Shown here in pieces: positions 27,234-38,597 of a stretch of DNA of 51,209 nucleotides (within the stretch, counting starts at the first letter, position 1; the number at the start of each line of letters is the position of its first letter). The position numbers were made by a program, and so were the translations under genes. The DNA is from Candidatus Omnitrophota bacterium. GTDB taxonomy: Bacteria > Omnitrophota > Gorgyraeia > JABMQH01. Where the stretch lies: the NCBI GenBank assembly GCA_013203355.1, contig JABMQH010000181.1:1-51209 (forward strand), written 5' to 3'. The notes below the pieces were generated by a model that worked only from the letters and a program-made list of their open reading frames with translations, searched no databases and had not been told where the DNA came from.

Positions 27234-27262
27234 AGTATATATTAATCACACCAAGATGTCAA
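27234..27262 (-). promoter_or_regulatory. Sigma70-type promoter for the acidic secreted protein (TTGACA-17-TATACT)
   Basis: On the minus strand, TTGACA is at 27262-27257 and TATACT at 27239-27234, with a 17-nt spacer. It lies inside the ORF-track N-terminal extension (27249 start). Confidence 0.55.
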
Positions 27263-27273
27263 GGTAAATGTAG

Positions 27274-27462
27274 CTAATCTTTTTTGCTTTCTTTGCTTTC
27301 TTCAGCTTTTTTCACATCCGTCTTTATTTCCTTCATGCCCTCCTTGAATTCATTAAGCGTCTTACCGAGGGCCTTGCCGATCTGCGGAAGTTTTGCGGCT
27401 CCAAATATCAAAAGGGCAATGAACAATATTACCAACAGCTCTGGCATGCCGAGTCCAAACAT
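27274..27462 (-). CDS. tatA: Twin-arginine translocase subunit TatA/E
   Basis: MFGLGMPELLVILFIALLIFGAAKLPQIGKALGK is the canonical TatA TM plus hinge plus amphipathic helix. Confidence 0.9.
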   Translation of the reverse strand: MFGLGMPELLVILFIALLIFGAAKLPQIGKALGKTLNEFKEGMKEIKTDVKKAEESKESKKD

Positions 27463-27508
27463 TTCAATACCCTCCTATTTGTATTAACTATACCACAAAA
27501 GGCCTTCT

Positions 27509-29641
<2,133 letters not shown>

Positions 29642-29693
29642 CTATTCTTCGTACCTCTTACCAAATACATCAATATCTCAGGAGGGGCCGGGC

Positions 29694-30473
29694 TCATATC
29701 TTTTTTGCGCACCCAAAAATCACATTATAATTCGCAAAGACCTTGCCCCCTTCGTTAAAATTCCTATCATACGCCTCAAGCATTTCAAAAAATAGCCGCC
29801 TCTGACCCATCTTAAACACATTACCGTCCAATATCTTGCCGGCGCCGGCGCGTTTGAGGGTCTTAAGTAAGGCCAACGAGCTGTCATAATATTTTTTCAA
29901 GGTTTTTTCTTCACACCAGGCAATCTTAAGGCCGGACTCTGTGAATTCCGATTTTATCGATTCGCCGCTTGGCAAAAAATCCATGCGCTGATCCTTTTTG
30001 GCAATACCTTTCACTGTCTCATATAATTCCTTTAAGCTGTCCTTTATTAAAATCGAAAAATAAAACCTGCCTCCGTTTTTCAAGATCCTTTTTATCTCCA
30101 AAAATGCCGGCTTAGCATCATGGGCCCACTGATATGTGATATTTGAAAAGATTATATCAAAAGCGCCTGTTTTATAAGGAAGCTCTTCCATGTCTGCCTG
30201 GCTTATAAAAAGTCCGTTTGTATTTTTCTTTGCAAAAGAAACCATTCCCCATGACAGGTCACACCCATAAATACGCCTGTTTAAGGTCCCGGCAAGCTCT
30301 TGCGTAATGCTGCCTGTGCCCATGCCGATATCCAATATCATATCCTCGGATGCAGTATCTGATAAAATCATATCGACCAACCTGCGTCCTGTCTCCTTTT
30401 GGAAATCCGACGCTTTGTCATAAGTAATAGCGGCTTTGGAAAATGATTTTTTTATCTGCTCTTTATTTAACAT
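29694..30473 (-). CDS. bioC: Malonyl-ACP O-methyltransferase
   Basis: Class I SAM MTase motif ILDIGMGTG. N-terminal FSKAAITYDKASDFQ is typical of BioC. Sits in the bio operon. Confidence 0.8.
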   Translation of the reverse strand: MLNKEQIKKSFSKAAITYDKASDFQKETGRRLVDMILSDTASEDMILDIGMGTGSITQELAGTLNRRIYGCDLSWGMVSFAKKNTNGLFISQADMEELPYKTGAFDIIFSNITYQWAHDAKPAFLEIKRILKNGGRFYFSILIKDSLKELYETVKGIAKKDQRMDFLPSGESIKSEFTESGLKIAWCEEKTLKKYYDSSLALLKTLKRAGAGKILDGNVFKMGQRRLFFEMLEAYDRNFNEGGKVFANYNVIFGCAKKI

Positions 30474-31185
30474 TTACGATAAAATCCTCTAATACTCTGT
30501 TAAAATCCTGCGGCTGTGTATAAAATGGCACATGGCCGGCATCCTTAAAAACCTTAAAACTTGAATCCTTTATATCTTTGTGCAATAACCGGCCTGTCCC
30601 GATCGGACAAACTTCGTCCTTATCCCCGTGTATTATCAGCGTCGGTATATTCATATGTTTTAGCTTTTCATTCAGGTCCAGGGTTATAAGTTGCTCCAGT
30701 ATATCTATGGTCGCCTTCTTATCAGGCAGCGCCTGCTCATTAAGAAACGCTTCTCTGGCACGGCCTTCTTTATTTGAGAAAAAAAGCCCATAACAATTTC
30801 TCATCGTAGCCTCAAAATTTCTACCCAGGTTTCTTATCAGGTTTTTTATAATAACAGGGTTTATCCCATCGCTGAATTTTGCATTGCATCCTGCCAAAAC
30901 CAGCGCCTTAAACTTCTTTGGTTCCTTATGAACCATTTCTATTGCAAGCATCCCGCCGTAAGAGGACCCGATTAACATATTCATTGCTTGCGGGTTGATA
31001 ATAGTTGATAGGGAGCTTGCGAGTGAATTGAAAGTATATAAATCTATGGGTGGCTTGTTTCCGTGCCCGGGCAAGTCAAGCGCCTTCGCGCTGTATTTCT
31101 TAGAAAAATGCTCTACCTGATGCCTCCAAGCAACGGAGGAGGATCCCCATCCATGTATAAAGGTAAGATTATGAGATAATACCAA
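30463..31185 (-). CDS. bioH: Pimeloyl-ACP methyl ester esterase (BioH-type alpha/beta hydrolase)
   Basis: HGWGSS oxyanion region, nucleophile elbow GSSYGG, and C-terminal GHVPF. Located between bioF and bioC. Confidence 0.7.
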   Translation of the reverse strand: MVLSHNLTFIHGWGSSSVAWRHQVEHFSKKYSAKALDLPGHGNKPPIDLYTFNSLASSLSTIINPQAMNMLIGSSYGGMLAIEMVHKEPKKFKALVLAGCNAKFSDGINPVIIKNLIRNLGRNFEATMRNCYGLFFSNKEGRAREAFLNEQALPDKKATIDILEQLITLDLNEKLKHMNIPTLIIHGDKDEVCPIGTGRLLHKDIKDSSFKVFKDAGHVPFYTQPQDFNRVLEDFIVNVK

Positions 31186-32341
31186 TTCGTTTACCTATCT
31201 TTTCAATAACCTTAAGGGCCTTTTTTAAATCTTCCTTGTTATGAGTTGCCATGACGGACAATCTAAGTCTGGAGCGCCCCCTTGGAACAGTCGGGGGCCT
31301 AATTGCCTGGATAAAAATACCTTCCTCTAAAAGTATTCGGCTAAATTTAACCGCCTTATCCGCATCACCGACTAAAATCGGCATAATTTGTGATTCCGAA
31401 CCCATAAGGTCAAACCCCAGATCTATAAGGCCTCTTTTCAAAAACCACGTATTTGACCAGAGGGTCTTCCTTAACCATGCCTCCTTTTCTATAATGTCTA
31501 TTGCCGCCAGGCTGGAGGCCAGCACTGAAGGCGGAAGTGCCGTGGTATAGATAAATGGCCTTGATTTGTTAATCATATATTCGATCAGTTTCTTTTTCCC
31601 GGAAACATATCCGCCGAAACAACCAACTGCCTTTGAAAGCGTCCCCATCTCTATGTCAATCTCGTCCTTAAGGCCAAAATGTTCAACAATCCCGCTTGAG
31701 GTTTCGCCAAATACACCTGTTGCATGTGCCTCATCCACCATTACCATGGCATCAAATTTCTTTGCTAAGCCTACAATGTCCGACAAAGGTGCTATGTCCC
31801 CATCCATGCTAAAAACGGTATCCGTAACAATCAGCCTGCGCTTATAATCCTTGGCCCCTTCCAGAAATCGCTGTAAGGCCTGCATGTCTTTGTGGGGGTA
31901 CCTTTTAAATTCCGCTCTGCTTAGCAGTATCCCGTCAATTATACTGGCGTGATTCAACTTATCGGATAGTACGATATCCCCCGGGCCGACTAAGGCAGTG
32001 ATTATTCCGAGATTTGCGACATACCCGCTGTTAAAAACCAGGGCGGCTTCATGCTTTTTAAATTTTGCGAGGCGGTTCTCCAGCTCGTGATGCAGTTTAA
32101 GGCTCCCGCAAACCAATCTTGAGGCGCCGGACCCGGAGCCGTATTTTTGTATGGCTTCTATTGCGGCCTTTTTTAACTGGGGGTTATTGGCAAGGCCCAG
32201 ATAATTATTTGAGCACAAATTTATACACTCTTTGCCATCAAGCGTAATCCGCGCACCCTGATGCCCCTCAACACACCTGAGGCTCCTGTGCAAACCCTCC
32301 CGCTTAATCCCCTCTAGTTCATCTTCAATAAATTTCAGCAT
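31169..32341 (-). CDS. bioF: 8-amino-7-oxononanoate synthase
   Basis: PLP enzyme: NNYLGL, DEAHATGV, GTLSKA (Lys). The ATG at 32341 is preferred (AGGTGG 8 nt upstream). The ORF track extends to a GTG at 32362. Confidence 0.9.
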   Translation of the reverse strand: MLKFIEDELEGIKREGLHRSLRCVEGHQGARITLDGKECINLCSNNYLGLANNPQLKKAAIEAIQKYGSGSGASRLVCGSLKLHHELENRLAKFKKHEAALVFNSGYVANLGIITALVGPGDIVLSDKLNHASIIDGILLSRAEFKRYPHKDMQALQRFLEGAKDYKRRLIVTDTVFSMDGDIAPLSDIVGLAKKFDAMVMVDEAHATGVFGETSSGIVEHFGLKDEIDIEMGTLSKAVGCFGGYVSGKKKLIEYMINKSRPFIYTTALPPSVLASSLAAIDIIEKEAWLRKTLWSNTWFLKRGLIDLGFDLMGSESQIMPILVGDADKAVKFSRILLEEGIFIQAIRPPTVPRGRSRLRLSVMATHNKEDLKKALKVIEKIGKRIGIIS

Positions 32342-33332
32342 TGTCATCACCACCTGTAACACGCAAACCCAGGTCCTTTATCATTTTTAGATCTGTCTTT
32401 GAATCTTGTCCGGCCTGGGTGAGATAATTACCGATCATCATCCCGTTTGCGCCGGCAAAGAAAATCATGCTTTGCATACTTCGCAAATTCACAGCCCGGC
32501 CACCGCATACCTTTATGTCCTTCTTTGGCAAGATGAGTCTAAAGATCGCTATTGTCCTTAGTATCTCGCTAACAGCCATCGGCACTGAGTTTTCCAGCGC
32601 AGTCCCTTTTACGGGGTGTAAAAAATTCAGCGGCACCGAATCCACATCAAGCTCCCTTAAGGTAAACGCCAAATCCAACCTATCTGTCCGGCTTTCCCCT
32701 AATCCAAATATGCCGCCCGAACATAATCTAATTCCCAATTTTTTTGCGGCCCTCAATGTCTTTAATCTCTCTTCATAAGTATGGGTTGTACATACATTGG
32801 GGAAATAATTTTCGGAGGTTTCTAAATTATGATGAATTTTTTTAATCCCTGCCTCTTTTAATCTTGATAAAGATCGTTTATCTATAGCGCCTAAAGACAC
32901 TGAGCATTTCATCGAAGGGATTTTTGTTCTAATCATTTTTACCGCTTTGCATATACCTGAGATCTCTTTCGGCTTTTGAATCCTTTTGCCGCTTGTTACC
33001 ATTCCGAAGCAAGTCGCGCTATTTGCCCTGGCGCTTTTAGCGGCCTTTAGAATGCTTTGTTCATCTAATAGCGGGTATCGCTCTATCTTTGTATTGTGGT
33101 GTATTGACTGGGCACAAAATTTACAATCTTCGGAGCAATTCCCCGACTTTGCGTTAACTATAGAGCAAAGTTCCACTTTGTTCGTTTTAAATTTTCCCCT
33201 AATCTTATTGGCGGCCCAGAGCAAATCAAAAAGAGGCAGGTCATCGCACAGGTAGAGTTGTTTTATTTCTTTAGAGGAGGTCTTCCGGGCATGTAAAATT
33301 TTATCTGTTATTTTTAAGAGGGGTTCATTCAT
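32325..33332 (-). CDS. bioB: Biotin synthase
   Basis: Radical-SAM CSEDCKFCAQS, plus YNHNLETS-like HHNLETS. No SD upstream. Confidence 0.95.
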   Translation of the reverse strand: MNEPLLKITDKILHARKTSSKEIKQLYLCDDLPLFDLLWAANKIRGKFKTNKVELCSIVNAKSGNCSEDCKFCAQSIHHNTKIERYPLLDEQSILKAAKSARANSATCFGMVTSGKRIQKPKEISGICKAVKMIRTKIPSMKCSVSLGAIDKRSLSRLKEAGIKKIHHNLETSENYFPNVCTTHTYEERLKTLRAAKKLGIRLCSGGIFGLGESRTDRLDLAFTLRELDVDSVPLNFLHPVKGTALENSVPMAVSEILRTIAIFRLILPKKDIKVCGGRAVNLRSMQSMIFFAGANGMMIGNYLTQAGQDSKTDLKMIKDLGLRVTGGDDNAEIY

Positions 33333-33345
33333 ATATCAAATACAA

Positions 33346-33377
33346 TTGTAAACTGCAGGTTAATTTCTAGTTTACTA
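33346..33377 (-). promoter_or_regulatory. BirA-type biotin operator overlapping the bioB promoter
   Basis: TTGTAAACT-N14-AGTTTACTA, compared with the BirA consensus TTGTAAACC-N14-GGTTTACAA as I recall it. A -10-like TACAAT (minus strand, 33350-33345) overlaps the proximal half-site. Confidence 0.6.
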
Positions 33378-33391
33378 TTAGCTTAAAACTT

Positions 33392-33435
33392 AGCCCTTTC
33401 TTACTGCGGAGATTACTCCAAAGTAAGAAAGGGCT
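33392..33435 (-). terminator. Terminator hairpin after thi4
   Basis: 13-bp perfect stem AGCCCTTTCTTAC (33392-33404) / GTAAGAAAGGGCT (33423-33435), with an inner GGAG/CTCC stem. On the minus strand it is followed by AAGTTTTAAG. Confidence 0.6.
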
Positions 33436-33449
33436 GTATATAAAAAGCT

Positions 33450-34244
33450 TTAGACCTTTATCGCATCCCCTACTAAAATGTGAAGCGCGGTTTCCGCTGC
33501 CTTTCTTCCTGATAAAAGCATTCCGCCAAAGGTCGGTCCCATTCTTGGGATCCCATATACGGTAGAAACAGCCATTCCTGTTACGATCAAACCGGGATAG
33601 ACTTCTCCCGTCTTTAATACTACCCCATCTTCGGATGTCATCACATCCATTGCGCCAAAACCCTGTAATTTTATTATACCCCTCTTCTCCAGGGATGCGG
33701 CAACGCAGGCATCGTGACCGGTTGCATCAATAACAAGCTTAGACTCTAACGCAACGGGGTCAACGCAAGTTATGCTCTTAGGAAGCGCTGAAACCGGAGT
33801 CCAATTTATAACAACCCCTGAGACCTTCTTATTTTTTAAGACCACATCATCTACCTTTGTCATATTCAAAATCTTTGCCCCCGCATCGCATGCGGCTGCT
33901 ATCAATTTCGAACAGGCGTGTGGACCATCAGCAACAAAAAGTCCCTCTTCGTATTCTTTATAGGGGATCTGAAGCTCATCTAAAAATTTCTCGGCGGGGC
34001 TTCGTACGGTCAACTTGTTCATCAGATACCCACCAATCCAAAAACCGCCTCCTAAATAATTATTGGCCTCAACGACCAAAACCTTTACGTTATTCTTTGC
34101 AAGTTCCCTTGCAGCCATAAGGCCGCTCGGCCCGCCGCCGACTATTATAACATCACAGGTTATGTACTCTTTAAAGCTATTAAGAAATTCCTCGGTTATA
34201 GCTCTTGTAACCTGCGCTTCACTCGATGCCTTAAAAATACTCAT
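33450..34244 (-). CDS. thi4: Thiazole synthase Thi4 (archaeal/eukaryotic type)
   Basis: DVIIVGGGPSGLMAAREL dinucleotide fold, VVEANNYLGGG, DATGHDA, GMAV..VYG.PRMGPTFGGMLLSG. Confidence 0.85.
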   Translation of the reverse strand: MSIFKASSEAQVTRAITEEFLNSFKEYITCDVIIVGGGPSGLMAARELAKNNVKVLVVEANNYLGGGFWIGGYLMNKLTVRSPAEKFLDELQIPYKEYEEGLFVADGPHACSKLIAAACDAGAKILNMTKVDDVVLKNKKVSGVVINWTPVSALPKSITCVDPVALESKLVIDATGHDACVAASLEKRGIIKLQGFGAMDVMTSEDGVVLKTGEVYPGLIVTGMAVSTVYGIPRMGPTFGGMLLSGRKAAETALHILVGDAIKV

Positions 34245-34284
34245 CTAAAAATCCTCCTCTTTTACTTCTGATGCATATCCACAA

Positions 34285-35136
34285 CTAGAACAATATTGCT
34301 ATACCACCGGTGAGGGCGTTCTCATCAACAAACCGCCCCTCGACGTTTAACAGAACAGAATCGGTTCCTAGTATATCGCAGCCGACAAAGAAACCGATAT
34401 TTTCATCACTCTCAAACTCGCCGGGGTTATAATAGGTGCCGTTTGGAGTTGTCGCCCTGAATCTTCCGCTTACATCTGAATATTTAACACCTACGTAAGG
34501 CACCAATTTAGATATACCTAATACCTCTTCCCTCATCCCGCCGGTTACATCAAGTTCTCCGGCAGCTAAAACTGAAAGCTGCCATTCCCTTAGGAAAAAC
34601 CTAGACCGAGAAGTATCTAATACAGTAGTAGAACCGTTAATGTTTGCATCTTCTGCATTTAAGTCCGCCATTCTATAGACACCATCGGCTACAATCTTTA
34701 TCTTGGGATCTCTAATCTCCCAAACAAGGGCCTTCACTCCAAGGCCCCAAGCAAAAGCAGTATCACTTTCAAACTCGACTGGCACACCGTTTTCATTCCA
34801 TGAAACTTCCATATGGGCTGCGCCCAATTGCAGATAAGGTTGGACCCTATCATTAAGTATGCCATAATAGATTTTTGTCATATACCATTGGGCCTGATCA
34901 ATCTGAATACTCGAGGTAAGCGACGGGCCTGCGACCAGATCCCTGTCAAATATATGCTCGATATCCTCTGATATTTTAATAGTTGTCTGGCTATCCCTCT
35001 TCATGCTAAATACACCGACACCTTCCGGGATATCTGTTGTAGAAGGATTTCCAACTGTGGCCGCGAAGCTTGCTGCAGGCATAAATAAACTTATAATAAA
35101 GAAACATAATACCGCCATTAATATCCCTTTTCGCAT
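34285..35136 (-). CDS. Outer-membrane beta-barrel protein, function unknown
   Basis: Signal peptide ending SFAAT. Alternating-hydrophobicity strands. C-terminal GGIAILF with a terminal Phe, typical of OMPs. SD AAGGAGGAG. Confidence 0.6.
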   Translation of the reverse strand: MRKGILMAVLCFFIISLFMPAASFAATVGNPSTTDIPEGVGVFSMKRDSQTTIKISEDIEHIFDRDLVAGPSLTSSIQIDQAQWYMTKIYYGILNDRVQPYLQLGAAHMEVSWNENGVPVEFESDTAFAWGLGVKALVWEIRDPKIKIVADGVYRMADLNAEDANINGSTTVLDTSRSRFFLREWQLSVLAAGELDVTGGMREEVLGISKLVPYVGVKYSDVSGRFRATTPNGTYYNPGEFESDENIGFFVGCDILGTDSVLLNVEGRFVDENALTGGIAILF

Positions 35137-35212
35137 TTCTCCTCCTTTGTATTCTTCTTAATACCGATTTTTATTTTTTATTATAGTGAGTATATCATAA
35201 TTCTACTAAATG

Positions 35213-35590
35213 TCAAGATTTCTTCCTGAAAAATAACCAGTTTTTATCTGAGGCAACCTTAGGTTTTAATTTAATAAGGCAATAAGCGCCCTTCAAGCGC
35301 TTCCCGCTTATCTTAATTACCAATTTTCCTTTCTCTTTTTCTAAAATTTCAAATGTCCCGTTGTCCCAAATCTCAACTTTCCCCGCTCCATACTCACCCT
35401 TGGGAATTACGCCTTCAAATTTCTCATATCCGATCTGATGATCCTCAACTGCAATGGCAAGCCTCTTTACGTCTTCATCTTCGGGGGGTTGCTTGGGGAT
35501 CGCCCAACTCTTAAGAACACCGTCCATCTGAAGCCTTAAGTCATAATGAAGATGGCTGGCCGCATGTTTATGGACTACGTATATTGACAT
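35213..35590 (-). CDS. Standalone LigD-type 3'-phosphoesterase (PE) domain protein
   Basis: HKHAASHLHYDLRL....LKSWAIPK.P, then EDH...Y..FEG.IPKGEYGAG.V.IWD.G, matches the LigD N-terminal PE domain. 3-nt gap after nth. Confidence 0.8.
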   Translation of the reverse strand: MSIYVVHKHAASHLHYDLRLQMDGVLKSWAIPKQPPEDEDVKRLAIAVEDHQIGYEKFEGVIPKGEYGAGKVEIWDNGTFEILEKEKGKLVIKISGKRLKGAYCLIKLKPKVASDKNWLFFRKKS

Positions 35591-35593
35591 CTC

Positions 35594-36241
35594 TTAAATA
35601 TCCCTGGAAGGGCAGATTATTCTTAGGACGCACCTATCATGATCAGGATTTATGGCCTTACATACTTTCCTGCCATGATCTATTAAAAGGTAGCTTATCA
35701 CTCCCCAATCTGTTTTTGGGAGAAGCCCCATAAGGTCCTGCTCAATTTTCACAGGATCCTCATTTTTCGTAAGGCCCAACCGCTTTGTGAGCCTTCTTAC
35801 ATGCGTATCTACAACAACACCTTCGACCTTGCCAAAGGCGTTATGCAAAACTACATTTGCTGTTTTCCGCGCAACACCAGAAAGGGTTAAAAGTTCTTCC
35901 ATGGTATCCGGGACATTGCCCTTAAAGTCCTTATCGATCGTCTGAGCGGTTGCAATGATGTTCTTTGCCTTACTTTTATAAAACCCCGTAGAGTGTATCT
36001 CTCCTTCAAAGACTTGCCGATCGGCCCTAGCGAAATCCTTAGCTGTTTTATATTTTTTGAACAGGGTTGCTGTCACCTTATTTACCCTTTCATCCGTACA
36101 CTGAGCAGAAAGGATCGTCGAAACCAGCATGTGCATAGGTGTTTTAAATCTTAGTGTTGTTTTTGATTTAGGATAGGTTTTCTTCAGGAGGCTAATGATC
36201 CGTTTTATGCGTTCTTTTTTTTCCACTTCCTGCATACCCAC
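35594..36241 (-). CDS. nth: Endonuclease III
   Basis: LVSTILSAQCTDERVN, HhH LTLSGVARKTANVVL, VDTHV, and a C-terminal Cys cluster. Confidence 0.9.
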   Translation of the reverse strand: MGMQEVEKKERIKRIISLLKKTYPKSKTTLRFKTPMHMLVSTILSAQCTDERVNKVTATLFKKYKTAKDFARADRQVFEGEIHSTGFYKSKAKNIIATAQTIDKDFKGNVPDTMEELLTLSGVARKTANVVLHNAFGKVEGVVVDTHVRRLTKRLGLTKNEDPVKIEQDLMGLLPKTDWGVISYLLIDHGRKVCKAINPDHDRCVLRIICPSRDI

Positions 36242-37497
36242 TCTTTTGCCTTAGTCTTTGACCTTATCTTCCTTTCAAGCTGAAGGTTGGTCAGCTCCTT
36301 CTGGATCTTCCCTATGATCGGCCCTTGCCTAAAACCCAAATTCATGATCTCGTACCCGTCTAAAAGGGGTTTTGGTGCAACCGGCCTCTTTTTAAATTCC
36401 GCATATTTTTTCTTTAGGAATTTATAAATTTTTAAATCAGAGTGGCTTGCCATGCAATCAAGCTTATGCAGCTCTAACTCGGTCAGGAACGTATCTTCAA
36501 GAAACATCCTTTTAAGCGTGGCCTCGCGCATCTTCGTCGCATTCATGACCCTCATATGATTATCTATACAGTAAACTATTTTTTTAATCTCCTCGTTTGA
36601 AAATCGCAGTCTCTCTAAGATCTCCTCGGCGATCCTGGCACCGACCCTATCGTGGTTGTTGAACCTGATCCTATCGCTCTTTTCATACGTGGCGGGTTTA
36701 CCTATATCATGCAAAAGGCAGGCAAAGGAAAGGATAGGGTCCGCATTTTTAAGCCTTTTAAGCAGGAGCATGGTATGCACAAACACATCCCCTTCCGGAT
36801 GAAATTTGGGCGGCTGCTGAACCCCCTTTAAGGTTTCAACCTCGGGCAATATAGCAGCCAGTAAACCCGTCTCATCCAATAATTTAATTCCACTATAAGG
36901 ATTTTTTCCTGTTAGCAGCTCAACAAGCTCACTCCTGATTCTCTCCTTGCTTACCTTTTTAATTTCATCCTTGAATTTTTTTATTGCCCCGAAAGTCCCT
37001 TTTTCAATCTTGAAATTGAGCGCGCAGGCAAATCTTACAGCCCTGAGGGGCCTTAACCTATCCTGCTTAAAACACCTTAGCGGATCTCCGATGCAGCGGA
37101 TCAGCCTTTTATTTATGTCGGACCTGCCATCGCAGTAATCTATAACCCTTCGTTTCATGGGGTCATACAGAAGTCCATTAACTGTAAAATCCCTGTTCAG
37201 TGCATCCTCTTTCGGATCCCCTGAAAACTTATTCCCTCTTCCGCTTCTAAATGTTGTGACCTCGAAAGGGATCCCGTTTTCAATAACCAGGACAGTACCG
37301 AATTGCGCACCGACAAAAACGGTTTTTTTAAATAATCTCCTTATCTGCTTCGGCGTCGCGTTTGTGGTGATATCGTAATCGCCGGGTGTTTTCTTCATCA
37401 CCATATCCCTTACGCACCCGCCGGCAAAATAGGCCTGGAACTTGGTTTTTCTTAATCGTTTAACTATTCCTAAAGCGAATTTTTTATTTTTGTCCAT
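36205..37497 (-). CDS. cca: CCA-adding enzyme / tRNA nucleotidyltransferase with HD domain
   Basis: Pol-beta head FAGGCVRDMVMKKTPGDYDITT, RDFTVNGL, and HD domain LLHDIGKP. Confidence 0.85.
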   Translation of the reverse strand: MDKNKKFALGIVKRLRKTKFQAYFAGGCVRDMVMKKTPGDYDITTNATPKQIRRLFKKTVFVGAQFGTVLVIENGIPFEVTTFRSGRGNKFSGDPKEDALNRDFTVNGLLYDPMKRRVIDYCDGRSDINKRLIRCIGDPLRCFKQDRLRPLRAVRFACALNFKIEKGTFGAIKKFKDEIKKVSKERIRSELVELLTGKNPYSGIKLLDETGLLAAILPEVETLKGVQQPPKFHPEGDVFVHTMLLLKRLKNADPILSFACLLHDIGKPATYEKSDRIRFNNHDRVGARIAEEILERLRFSNEEIKKIVYCIDNHMRVMNATKMREATLKRMFLEDTFLTELELHKLDCMASHSDLKIYKFLKKKYAEFKKRPVAPKPLLDGYEIMNLGFRQGPIIGKIQKELTNLQLERKIRSKTKAKEWVCRKWKKKNA

Positions 37498-37948
37498 CAG
37501 TAGGTTTTGACAGTTTTTCTTTTACAAGGCCGCTTACCAGTTTTCCGTCTGCCCGGCCTGCCACTTTGGCCATGACTTCCTTTATTACCTTACCCATATC
37601 CTTTGGGCTGGATGCGCCGGTTGAAGCTACGGCCTCTTCAATTATCTTCTTGATCTCATCAATGGGAAGTTCCTCCGGCAGATATGTCTTTAAGATCTCC
37701 AGCTCCTTCGTTTCCTTCTCAACCAAATCATTGCGATTGCCTTTTTTGAACTGTTCGATCGAATCCTGGCGTTGCTTGACCTGTTTCTTTATCACAGGAA
37801 TAATATCCTTATCATCCAGTTTTTCTTCTTTCTTCTCAATTGCCAGATTTTGTATCGCTGCCCGCAAAAAGCTCAATGTGGAAACCTTAACGGCATCCTT
37901 TTTCTTCATCGCCTCTTTGTAATCATTGGTGATCTTTTCTTGTAACAT
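37484..37948 (-). CDS. yqeY: GatB/YqeY domain protein
   Basis: 154 aa. I..DYKEAMKKKDAVKVSTLSFLRAAIQN and a C-terminal KDMGKVIKEV block. Confidence 0.85.
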   Translation of the reverse strand: MLQEKITNDYKEAMKKKDAVKVSTLSFLRAAIQNLAIEKKEEKLDDKDIIPVIKKQVKQRQDSIEQFKKGNRNDLVEKETKELEILKTYLPEELPIDEIKKIIEEAVASTGASSPKDMGKVIKEVMAKVAGRADGKLVSGLVKEKLSKPTDGQK

Positions 37949-37973
37949 CGCGATCTCCTTTCATCCTATAGGA

Positions 37974-38597
37974 TTAGTTGTGTTTTATGAATTCCTTCAA
38001 TTTATCCGGTAAGCCCAAAGCCACTCGTACTTTTTGTCCTGTTATAGGGTGCATAAATTCAAGGGTCTTGGCGTGAAGGCACAGCCTTTTGGCCTTGATC
38101 TTAAAATCGCGCCTGAAGGCAAATCTGGTCTCTCCAAGTATCGGGCTTCCTATGAGTTTAAAATGGAGCCTTATCTGATTCTTCCGTCCTGTTAAAGGCG
38201 CAACCTCGACAACACTAAAACCTTTCCTGCGCTCGATAACTTTATACCGAGTTAAGGCAGAGCGGCCCTCGATAGCATTGCGTATTTCTCCGTGGTCTTT
38301 CGGCAAGGTGCCCCGTACGAATGCTATGTAGGTCTTTTTGATTTCCCGATTTTTGAATTTATCCATCATCTTCTTCTGTGTGGATTTACCCTTGGCATAA
38401 ATTATCAATCCCGAAGTATCCCTGTCGATACGATGACAGGGATGGGCGCGGTAAGAGCGATTCTCTTTTTTTAGTTCCTGATTCAATATATTAGTAAGTG
38501 TATGTATCTCCTGTTTAGGGGTAGGGATAACTAACAACCCCGCTGGTTTATCGACGATCAAAAGCCACTCATCTTCAAATACAACTGCCGGCATCAT
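37974..38597 (-). CDS. RluA-family pseudouridine synthase (no S4 domain)
   Basis: Catalytic HRIDRDTSGLIIYAKG, plus GRKNQIRLH. Confidence 0.85.
   Translation of the reverse strand: MMPAVVFEDEWLLIVDKPAGLLVIPTPKQEIHTLTNILNQELKKENRSYRAHPCHRIDRDTSGLIIYAKGKSTQKKMMDKFKNREIKKTYIAFVRGTLPKDHGEIRNAIEGRSALTRYKVIERRKGFSVVEVAPLTGRKNQIRLHFKLIGSPILGETRFAFRRDFKIKAKRLCLHAKTLEFMHPITGQKVRVALGLPDKLKEFIKHN

Noticed and set aside
34245-35212. TPP riboswitch expected upstream of thi4.
   Set aside because: Only 40 nt separate thi4 from the upstream OMP gene, and only 76 nt lie upstream of that gene. Neither stretch contains the CUGAGA / ACCUGAUCUGGAUAAUGCCAGCG-type core.
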